DNA of 4,530 bases from a virus (taxonomy: Duplodnaviria; Heunggongvirae; Uroviricota; Caudoviricetes). The stretch covers positions 1 through 4,530 of IMG/VR virus record IMGVR_UViG_3300023488_000045, one strand, 5' to 3'. A program made the translations under genes and the position numbers. Within the stretch, counting starts at the first letter, position 1; every line of letters starts with the position of its first letter. The notes beneath the pieces are model-generated. The model saw only the letters and a program-made list of their open reading frames with translations, did no database searches and had not been told where the DNA came from. Positions 1-4,530 of the stretch are shown one piece after another.

Positions 1-116
1 GCGTCCAGCGATGTCAGTGCAATCCGTGCAAGTTCCATTTGTTCGCCACGGGTAAGTCCGTTATCAAGCGGATTTTTAATGAATAATTCGATACGTTCTT
101 TGGTTATAGCGCTCAT
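1..116 (-). CDS. hypothetical protein, 5' portion only (gene runs off the window at position 1)
   Basis: ATG at 116..114 on the minus strand, preceded by AAGGAG (128..123) with a 6-nt spacer. Frame is open to position 1, giving MSAITKERIELFIKNPLDNGLTRGEQMELARIALTSLD... Start lies 2 nt past the TGA (120..118) of the upstream gene. Absent from the ORF track because it is truncated. No family recognised. Confidence 0.4.
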   Translation of the reverse strand, partial: MSAITKERIELFIKNPLDNGLTRGEQMELARIALTSLD

Positions 117-117
117 A

Positions 118-609
118 TCACTCTCCTTTGATGCGAATGCCAGTGGCGCGTGGCACATTAACTTCCACGATGCGCACTGTTGGTTTGTACATCTCAATCG
201 CTGTCAGCCAGTCAGCTCCTGTCATGCGCTTTTCCGCATCGCCATTAGTCCACTGAACCGGTACGCCAATAGCCTTCATCGCGATTTCTATTTCCCCGGC
301 AATGGCGCTTTTTCCGCAACCAGTAAAACCAGAAACAACGACAAGAACTTCACCTTTGGCTGGTTTTATTTCCCGTGCTTCCAGTTCTGCAATGCGCTTT
401 TTGTCTGCTTCCCGTTCATCCAGTAGTGCCAGCACGGTTTCTGGTCCGGTCAGAAATTTGAAGGCGTTGAGCGCATCAATATCCACACCGTAATCTTTAA
501 GTTCCTGTTCACTTAACAAATCATCATCAACTGGCAACATTAACAGGCGTTCCATTGCTGGAGTTGCACGTTCTGCCGCATCTCGCAGTGCCTGATAGTC
601 AATTGTCAT
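118..609 (-). CDS. phage accessory protein: N-terminal coiled-coil region (KKRIAELEAREIK) plus C-terminal Walker-A/P-loop kinase-like fragment
   Basis: ORF track 118..618 (-). Preferred start is ATG 609..607, which overlaps the upstream TGA (608..606) as ATGA and has an AAGGA Shine-Dalgarno (622..618) 8 nt upstream; ATG 618 is the alternative. Protein contains a beta-strand-like EVLVVVS followed by GFTGCGKS (GxxxxGKS) and a helix-like AIAGEIEIAMKAIG, then a WTNGD loop. Only about 75 residues follow the P-loop, too few for a complete NTPase. Confidence 0.6.
   Translation of the reverse strand: MTIDYQALRDAAERATPAMERLLMLPVDDDLLSEQELKDYGVDIDALNAFKFLTGPETVLALLDEREADKKRIAELEAREIKPAKGEVLVVVSGFTGCGKSAIAGEIEIAMKAIGVPVQWTNGDAEKRMTGADWLTAIEMYKPTVRIVEVNVPRATGIRIKGE
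380..398 (-). repeat. 19-nt exact dispersed repeat tccagttctgcaatgcgct; second copy at 1542..1560
   Basis: Identical 19-mer in gene 118..609 and in Ea22-like paralog 1. Both encode KRIAELE on the minus strand within coiled-coil segments; flanks diverge. Confidence 0.85.
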
Positions 610-1250
610 TCTCGCCATCCTTCACAGTTGTAATCACTACAGCCTTCAAAATCATATGGGCTGTACTGCCAGGTTATTTTTCCGCAATGCGGACAATTCC
701 AACGCACCTTCCCGCTTCGCGACTTCTTTCTTCTGTTCTGCTCTTTCAACCAGTCAGGCATGACCAAACCTGCGCCCTGAACCATTGTTCTGCGGTTAAA
801 GTTATTGATATTGAACGTCCGGCGCTTTGCTGCATCAGCAATGGAAAATGACAACCAAACTATTCCTGGTTCGTTTTTGTTGACGACGCTAAAGATGGTC
901 GCTTTACTGAAGTCATCTGTTGGCAATCCACCGCGTTGAAGCCAGTAAACATCGTTGCCGTTCCAGCTACCTTTTTTGTAGGCCACATACTCAGTGCAAT
1001 CTGACTCAATCAGGCTTTCTGTAGGGATGTACTGGCAATCAACGTGCCACACAGCCATTGCATCCACACTATCGGCACAAACAGGCTGATCGATATCTCG
1101 CCCACAATTCCAGGCTTTTTGGGCTTCTTCCAGCGTGTAAATATGAGCGCGATCGATATCAGAACTGTAACCATTGCCGTTATGGCAATGGAATGAGGCG
1201 TTATTACCCACAGTTTCACGCAAGCACATCATGTAAAAGCGGTTATTCAC
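606..1250 (-). CDS. hypothetical Cys/Trp/His-rich protein with C-terminal zinc-ribbon-like motif (CPHC-x14-C-x4-C)
   Basis: ORF track 606..1250 (-), 214 aa. GTG start at 1250..1248 overlaps the TGA (1249..1247) of the upstream Ea22-like gene as GTGA. Strong AAGGAGG Shine-Dalgarno (1263..1257) with a 6-nt spacer. C-terminus NCPHCGKITWQYSPYDFEGCSDYNCEGW. Its stop overlaps the downstream start as ATGA. No family recognised from memory. Confidence 0.6.
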   Translation of the reverse strand: MNNRFYMMCLRETVGNNASFHCHNGNGYSSDIDRAHIYTLEEAQKAWNCGRDIDQPVCADSVDAMAVWHVDCQYIPTESLIESDCTEYVAYKKGSWNGNDVYWLQRGGLPTDDFSKATIFSVVNKNEPGIVWLSFSIADAAKRRTFNINNFNRRTMVQGAGLVMPDWLKEQNRRKKSRSGKVRWNCPHCGKITWQYSPYDFEGCSDYNCEGWRE

Positions 1251-1909
1251 TGGTTGCCTCCTTTGCGAAGCTGTTCAGCAATACTTACGCATATCTCTGC
1301 GCCTCTAATCAGCCCCGGAACGTTCTTGTTTGGCCCAACTTCACCATCAACAAAATCAATCATCGCGTTACGAGCCATATCCACCCCCTGCGCACGTACT
1401 TCAGCCAGGAGAGCGTCGGTAGCTGGGGTTTCCGTGAAGTTGTCCTCCCAACCGTAGTACTCCTGACGACAGAAGTTATTAAATTCCTTCTCCGACTGTT
1501 TAAGCGCCGCATTCTCCGCTGCCAGCGCCGTGCGTTCGCTCTCCAGTTCTGCAATGCGCTGTTTTGCGGCATCAAGTTCAATCGATAATTTTTCCAACTG
1601 CTCTTTATGCTTCTTGTATTCCTGATATGCGTGCCAGGACTGACCTTTGCGCACACTATCAGTAATATCAGTAATCTGTTCTGGTGTTAGCGTGGTCAGT
1701 GGCTGTGCTGGGAAAATCAGCACTTTCCCGGAATCCCAATCAAAACCAGCGTGAATTGACTGAACCTCAACTGAGGGTGTTGAACCAATGCTGCCAGGCG
1801 AATGAACAACGATCGTTACATCCATATCGCGACGATGGCTGTGGTTGTTGGACAAAATACGATTCAACAAAATACGATTCACCAACTCAGAAAATTTGGA
1901 GAATTTCAT
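1247..1909 (-). CDS. Ead/Ea22-like family protein (paralog 1)
   Basis: ORF track 1247..1921 (-); the track start is a TTG, and the first ATG is at 1909..1907 with a GAGG Shine-Dalgarno 6 nt upstream. Central coiled coil AKQRIAELESERTALAAENAALKQ and the motif ETPATDALLAEVRAQGV, which I recognise as typical of lambdoid Ead/Ea22-like proteins. C-terminus AEQLRKGGNQ is homologous to paralog 2. Confidence 0.7.
   Translation of the reverse strand: MKFSKFSELVNRILLNRILSNNHSHRRDMDVTIVVHSPGSIGSTPSVEVQSIHAGFDWDSGKVLIFPAQPLTTLTPEQITDITDSVRKGQSWHAYQEYKKHKEQLEKLSIELDAAKQRIAELESERTALAAENAALKQSEKEFNNFCRQEYYGWEDNFTETPATDALLAEVRAQGVDMARNAMIDFVDGEVGPNKNVPGLIRGAEICVSIAEQLRKGGNQ
1257..1263 (-). promoter_or_regulatory. 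Shine-Dalgarno AAGGAGG for the GTG-initiated gene 606..1250, embedded in the last codons of the upstream Ea22-like gene
   Basis: AAGGAGG on the minus strand, 6-nt spacer to GTG 1250. Confidence 0.6.
1259..1280 (-). repeat. conserved junction motif at the 3' end of both Ea22-like genes (second copy 2336..2357, 20/22 identical)
   Basis: ctcctttgcgaagctgttcagc versus ctcctttgcgaatctgttccgc. On the minus strand this encodes AEQ(L/I)RKG and contains the AAAGGAG Shine-Dalgarno serving the GTG start of the downstream gene in both cases (GTGA overlap at 1250 and 2328). Confidence 0.8.
1853..1882 (-). repeat. 15-bp tandem direct repeat x2 (caaaatacgattcaa / caaaatacgattcac) inside the Ea22-like paralog 1 N-terminus
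   Basis: Read directly: 1853..1867 and 1868..1882 are identical except for the last base. In frame (5 codons each), giving NRILL-NRILS in the protein. Confidence 0.8.
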
Positions 1910-1917
1910 GCGGAGCC

Positions 1918-2328
1918 TCAATATGCAAAATAGACCGTTGCCACGCCGTTATAGTGATCAAACGATACGGCGTTTACTTCATAACTGGCCGGGAGCTTCG
2001 AGCCAAGAACGTATCCGGGCCACGTTTTCCATGGAATTTCTCTATTCTCACTACCCCCATATACCGTACATCCAAGTGAACCTACAGCTTCATTAGAACG
2101 CGTGCCGCACGTTATGAATCCCAGATTTTGCTTACTGCTCTTAATGGTGATTGAGTGAACGCTGGCTGATGCATTAGCAGCACGCTGTGCCTGTTGGTTT
2201 GCGATATTCGCAGAGTTCGCAGCAGCTACAGCAGCCGTAGTCGCGGCGGTAGAGGCTACAATAGCTGCTGAAGCATGCACTTGTTGGATATTCACCAACA
2301 ATGCCGCGACAAAAATCATCTTCTTCAC
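1918..2328 (-). CDS. predicted secreted/periplasmic protein with Sec-type signal peptide, Ala/Thr-rich linker and two-Cys C-terminal domain; function unknown
   Basis: ORF track 1918..2328 (-), 136 aa. GTG start 2328..2326 overlaps the upstream TGA (2327..2325) as GTGA; AGGAG Shine-Dalgarno 7 nt upstream; alternative ATG at 2319. N-terminus [22 protein letters not shown] has a basic n-region, hydrophobic core and AXA-like cleavage site (VHA). Mature part is a low-complexity Ala/Thr/Asn stretch followed by a roughly 80-aa domain with two Cys, ending YFAY. Confidence 0.6.
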   Translation of the reverse strand: MKKMIFVAALLVNIQQVHASAAIVASTAATTAAVAAANSANIANQQAQRAANASASVHSITIKSSKQNLGFITCGTRSNEAVGSLGCTVYGGSENREIPWKTWPGYVLGSKLPASYEVNAVSFDHYNGVATVYFAY

Positions 2329-2855
2329 TTGTCAGCTCCTTTGCGAATCTGTTCCGCCCATTCTTCAAGGGATTTCTCCGCATATTCACCGGACAGGCCA
2401 TCAATCGGGTGCGGTTCATTAGCTAACTCTTCTTTCGCTGACAGAATCATGCGTGTAACGTCGAAAACTTCACGTAAAGACTTATTGATAAATCCGTGAT
2501 TGAACGCAGCAGCAAGACGGCTGGCGGTATAGTTAATCCCCTCGTTGCGTGCTTCCGCACGAATTTCAGCAAGGAAAGCATCGGTGGCGGGAGTTTCGCT
2601 GTGGTGCAGGGCATCGTTGATAATCATTGCAGCAACACCAGCCTGCCCTGCATCCGTGACCGACACATGCTCAAGAGTTACGACCATTGCGTGTTTCAGC
2701 CCAGCATTCTCCGCCGCCAGCGCCGCGCACTTGGCCTCCGCTTCAGCAAATTTACGCACCAGATATTCAGCGTTTGTTTCGTTAACCTTTAAATCTCGTG
2801 GGATGCATTTACCTTTCAGAAATCCATCCATCTCAATTAGTGACATTTGTTTCAT
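2325..2855 (-). CDS. Ead/Ea22-like family protein (paralog 2)
   Basis: ORF track 2325..2873 (-), which begins at a GTG. Preferred start is ATG 2855..2853, overlapping the TGA (2854..2852) of the upstream small ORF as ATGA. Contains [11 protein letters not shown] and [16 protein letters not shown], and a C-terminal [10 protein letters not shown]; homologous to paralog 1 at protein and nucleotide level. Confidence 0.7.
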   Translation of the reverse strand: MKQMSLIEMDGFLKGKCIPRDLKVNETNAEYLVRKFAEAEAKCAALAAENAGLKHAMVVTLEHVSVTDAGQAGVAAMIINDALHHSETPATDAFLAEIRAEARNEGINYTASRLAAAFNHGFINKSLREVFDVTRMILSAKEELANEPHPIDGLSGEYAEKSLEEWAEQIRKGADK

Positions 2856-3016
2856 TTCTTCCCACTCCGCCACATCGCATTCAGATATTTGTTGTCATTA
2901 ACAGAACCGAAACTCTTTCTCTTAAGCAATTCCTCTCTCGATGGCATTGGCTTTACGCGTTGGCGAATAATCATTTCTGCCGGAAGAATGCCGGGATTGT
3001 ATGCAAGTCCTCTCAT
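2852..3016 (-). CDS. small basic hypothetical protein (54 aa)
   Basis: In-frame part of track ORF 2852..3166 (which begins at a TTG at 3166 and overlaps the 97-aa gene out of frame). ATG 3016..3014 is preceded by TGAGGAA with a 6-nt spacer, and that Shine-Dalgarno overlaps the TGA of the 97-aa gene. Its own stop overlaps the ATG of Ea22-like paralog 2 as ATGA. Product [54 protein letters not shown]. Alternative ATGs at 3049 and 3034 lack a Shine-Dalgarno. Confidence 0.35.
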   Translation of the reverse strand: MRGLAYNPGILPAEMIIRQRVKPMPSREELLKRKSFGSVNDNKYLNAMWRSGKK

Positions 3017-3026
3017 GGTAAATTCC

Positions 3027-3320
3027 TCAGTCATTACTGATAGCGCCATAGCGTGAGCGGTAATTACGCAGGCGCGGGTCAATTTCAGGGAAGTGGGTAT
3101 ATGCGGCTTTGCGGAATGGTCGGATTGATGTCTGGTAAATTCGCTCGCGTTCTTCTTTCTCTGCAAGCCATATACAGTGGCGAAATTCCTTTTCCTCTTT
3201 CGTTTCCTGCGGTAGAGACATTATTCGATCGTAGTTTTTTTTGAATTTATCCAGCACCTCCGATACGGAATTGCCGGAACAGCGGCGCGCGTCATCCGCA
3301 CCATACAGAGGCGCTGGCAT
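3027..3320 (-). CDS. small phage protein (97 aa); tentatively Abc2-like anti-RecBCD protein on position and size only
   Basis: ORF track 3027..3320 (-). ATG 3320..3318 with a TAAGGA Shine-Dalgarno 7 nt upstream. Sits downstream of erf/ssb where P22-like phages carry abc1/abc2, and P22 Abc2 is about 97 aa as I remember it. I cannot verify sequence identity, so the product call is low confidence. Confidence 0.45.
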   Translation of the reverse strand: MPAPLYGADDARRCSGNSVSEVLDKFKKNYDRIMSLPQETKEEKEFRHCIWLAEKEERERIYQTSIRPFRKAAYTHFPEIDPRLRNYRSRYGAISND

Positions 3321-3343
3321 AATTAAATCCTTATTTTTCTAAA

Positions 3344-3727
3344 TCAGAATGGGATGGAATCGTCGTATACAGGAGTGTTCTGCTGGTTACTACTTTGCTG
3401 CTGCGGGCCATTTCCTGAAGCTGCAAATCCAATCTTTGCATTCAGTAATTCAAGAGTGATTGATTGACCATTTTGCCCCTGATAAACATCAACCCTGATG
3501 TTTTCTCCGGTAATTTCCACAATGCCACCTTCAACAAGAACACTACGGTAGTAATCCGCTTGCGCTCCCGGCTTGGCAAATACAACGGCGCTGTAGTTTG
3601 TCCATTCTTTCTTTTTTGTCTGGCGATCGTAATACTGAACGCCAGCACGGATGTTGAATCCGATATTTTCCACGGCCTGAAACTCTCTTGCGGGCTTGTT
3701 TAGTCTTACAGTAATCGAATGTGCCAT
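3344..3727 (-). CDS. ssb: single-stranded DNA-binding protein (phage SSB-like, short form)
   Basis: ORF track 3344..3727 (-), 127 aa. ATG 3727..3725 overlaps the erf TAA (3729..3727) as TAATG; AAGGAG Shine-Dalgarno lies inside the erf 3' end. OB-fold-like core (YSAVVFAKPGAQADYYRSVLVEGGIVEITGENIRVDVYQGQNGQSITLEL), Gly/Gln-rich linker, and acidic-aromatic tip YDDSIPF resembling the canonical SSB DDDIPF tail. Confidence 0.75.
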   Translation of the reverse strand: MAHSITVRLNKPAREFQAVENIGFNIRAGVQYYDRQTKKKEWTNYSAVVFAKPGAQADYYRSVLVEGGIVEITGENIRVDVYQGQNGQSITLELLNAKIGFAASGNGPQQQSSNQQNTPVYDDSIPF

Positions 3728-4332
3728 TAAGCAGCAGCTCCTTCTAATTCGTCTCGTCTGATGTTGTAAACGTCCTGCGCTTTGTGCTGCTCAGGTGTGC
3801 CTTCGAGCATCTTCCACGCTTTGGCGAACGCCTGTTTAAGCTCTTCTACGGTGTTTTTCTGCATTGCTGCGTCAGTGAATGCTTTTAGAACCTGTTCAGG
3901 TGTAGGTGATGGTTTTGATTGCTTTGCTGCTGCGTTCTGCTGATGTTTATGCTCGTCTGTATCTGCATCTTTCGCATCATCAATGCCGAACAAACCATTG
4001 AGGCAATACTTGCGTGCATAAGAGCTTGTAGCTCCCGTAACTTGTGCAGAATCCATTCCTTTCTTGCTTTCTTCCTCTCGTGCAAGAGCGGTTGCCGTAT
4101 GGCTGTTTTCGCCATCGGTAATAGTTGCCGTGGCTTTCACGTAATACCGATCACCAATCAACACAACTTCATCGCTGATTGATAAAAACAGACCATTCAG
4201 TAACGGCTTAACGCCTTCAAGAATATCTTCGCAGCTTCTGTATTTATATTTACCGAATGAGTTGTACTGATTCTTTGGCGCGTTCAGATTCTCCTGAATA
4301 GCTGCCAGTCTTGCGTAAAATTCTTTGCTCAT
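3727..4332 (-). CDS. erf: Erf-family single-strand annealing protein (essential recombination function)
   Basis: ORF track 3727..4362 (-), whose first codon is a TTG. Preferred start is ATG 4332..4330 (MSKEFYARLAAIQENLNAPKNQYNSFGKYKYRSCEDILEGVKPLL...), which I recognise as closely resembling the phage P22 Erf N-terminal domain. About 201 aa. Followed by a translationally coupled ssb. Confidence 0.85.
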   Translation of the reverse strand: MSKEFYARLAAIQENLNAPKNQYNSFGKYKYRSCEDILEGVKPLLNGLFLSISDEVVLIGDRYYVKATATITDGENSHTATALAREEESKKGMDSAQVTGATSSYARKYCLNGLFGIDDAKDADTDEHKHQQNAAAKQSKPSPTPEQVLKAFTDAAMQKNTVEELKQAFAKAWKMLEGTPEQHKAQDVYNIRRDELEGAAA

Positions 4333-4342
4333 ATGATTGTTC

Positions 4343-4513
4343 TCAGAATGGACATGGACCAAGGAAATAACGCTGATTTAATACTTCGGTCTTTGCCGCA
4401 TTTAAAAAGACGCGAACACCTTCACGATCGCCCTTCTGGCGATACATTAACGCCTGCTGCGTGTACATGCGCCTCTGTAACTTGCTCTCCTTCACTGTGG
4501 TTGCAAGTGACAT
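4343..4513 (-). CDS. small protein (56 aa) immediately upstream of erf, at the Arf/Kil position of P22-like phages
   Basis: Not in the ORF track (under 60 aa). ATG 4513..4511 preceded by a perfect AAGGAG (4525..4520) with a 6-nt spacer. Hand translation: MSLATTVKESKLQRRMYTQQALMYRQKGDREGVRVFLNAAKTEVLNQRYFLGPCPF, stop TGA at 4345..4343, 10 nt before the erf ATG. Identity with Arf or Kil not verified. Confidence 0.45.
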   Translation of the reverse strand: MSLATTVKESKLQRRMYTQQALMYRQKGDREGVRVFLNAAKTEVLNQRYFLGPCPF

Positions 4514-4519
4514 GAATAT

Positions 4520-4525
4520 CTCCTT
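4520..4525 (-). promoter_or_regulatory. Shine-Dalgarno AAGGAG for the small ORF 4343..4513
   Basis: Perfect AAGGAG on the minus strand, 6 nt upstream of ATG 4513. Confidence 0.6.
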
Positions 4526-4530
4526 CGTTA

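Noticed and set aside
118-609. Calling gene 118..609 a complete ATPase or kinase
   Set aside because: Only the Walker-A half is present, with no recognisable Walker-B or lid region in the remaining roughly 75 residues. Reading the downstream frame upstream of ATG 116 hits a stop at 206..204 with no kinase-like sequence, so a simple frameshift split is not supported. Reported as a P-loop-like fragment only.
1010-1219. 69-aa hydrophobic ORF (two TM-like segments split by RWKKPKKPG) in an alternative frame of the same strand inside gene 606..1250
   Set aside because: GTG start with no Shine-Dalgarno; hydrophobic pseudo-ORFs often arise in off-frames of real genes. An overprinted membrane peptide cannot be excluded, but the sequence alone gives no support.
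1360-1656. 98-aa Arg-rich minus-strand ORF in an alternative frame of Ea22-like paralog 1
   Set aside because: Off-frame of a gene with strong family motifs; Arg-rich low-complexity composition typical of a frame artefact.
2100-2330. GC/Ala-codon-rich low-complexity stretch (gcagcagct... repeats) as a possible repeat array
   Set aside because: It encodes the Ala/Thr-rich linker of the secreted protein; there is no regular repeat-spacer periodicity, so not a CRISPR or other array.
2174-2419. 81-aa Cys-rich minus-strand ORF spanning the junction between the secreted gene and Ea22-like paralog 2
   Set aside because: Overlaps two better-supported genes out of frame; no ribosome-binding site.
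79-2901. Plus-strand ORFs from the track (79..426, 302..493, 555..851, 1058..1588, 1254..1457, 1684..2079, 1845..2096, 2275..2499, 2496..2792, 2545..2901)
   Set aside because: All are antisense to minus-strand genes that have Shine-Dalgarno sites, coupling overlaps and recognisable protein motifs. The plus ORFs have no convincing ribosome-binding sites and low-complexity or odd composition, consistent with antisense read-through artefacts.
2852-3166. Full 104-aa version of track ORF 2852..3166
   Set aside because: It starts at a TTG and overlaps the 97-aa gene (which has a good SD and ATG) for about 140 nt out of frame. Only the distal 54 codons from ATG 3016 are supported by an SD and by coupling overlaps.
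3442-4115. Minus-strand ORFs 3442..3648 and 3885..4115 inside ssb and erf in alternative frames
   Set aside because: Embedded off-frame in genes with confident family assignment.
4333-4362. N-terminal extension of erf to 4362 (MVHVHSENNH...)
   Set aside because: Codon 4362..4360 is a TTG. ATG 4332 gives the MSKEFYARLA N-terminus I recognise from Erf, and the extension would overlap the small upstream ORF.
2798-4515. Further plus-strand ORFs (2798..3040, 2847..3056, 3053..3244, 3464..3703, 3919..4182, 4333..4515)
   Set aside because: Antisense to the 54-aa ORF, the 97-aa ORF, ssb, erf and the small pre-erf ORF; no supporting translation signals.
1-4530. Search for tRNA/rRNA, transposase or IS ends, CRISPR repeats and intrinsic terminators
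   Set aside because: No cloverleaf-compatible or repeat-spacer patterns were seen by eye. Genes are packed with overlaps, leaving no intergenic space for hairpin terminators. A computational scan (tRNAscan-SE, ARNold, CRISPR finders) would be needed to be definitive.

Overview
The window reads as one uninterrupted minus-strand polycistronic block, transcribed from high to low coordinates, with the organisation of the early-left (PL-type) operon of a P22-like/lambdoid enterobacterial prophage. In transcription order it holds a small Arf/Kil-position ORF (4343..4513, missing from the ORF track), an Erf-family annealing protein, an SSB-like protein, a 97-aa ORF at the position and size of P22 Abc2, a 54-aa basic ORF, then an accessory ('ea'-type) segment: Ead/Ea22-like paralog, signal-peptide protein, second Ead/Ea22-like paralog, a Cys/Trp-rich protein with a C-terminal zinc-ribbon-like motif, a coiled-coil protein ending in a Walker-A/P-loop kinase-like fragment, and the 5' end of a further gene. 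Nearly every junction shows translational coupling (TAATG, ATGA, GTGA overlaps, or a Shine-Dalgarno inside the upstream gene's 3' end). I found no rRNA, tRNA, CRISPR array, transposase or obvious intrinsic terminator. Plus-strand ORFs in the track look like antisense artefacts. All family calls rest on motif recognition and remembered gene order; no database search was possible. The most promising unexplored material is the accessory segment (about 118..2873): two diverged Ea22-like genes bracketing a secreted cargo gene behind a conserved junction motif, followed by a coupled Zn-ribbon / P-loop-fragment gene pair. None of these matches a system I can name.
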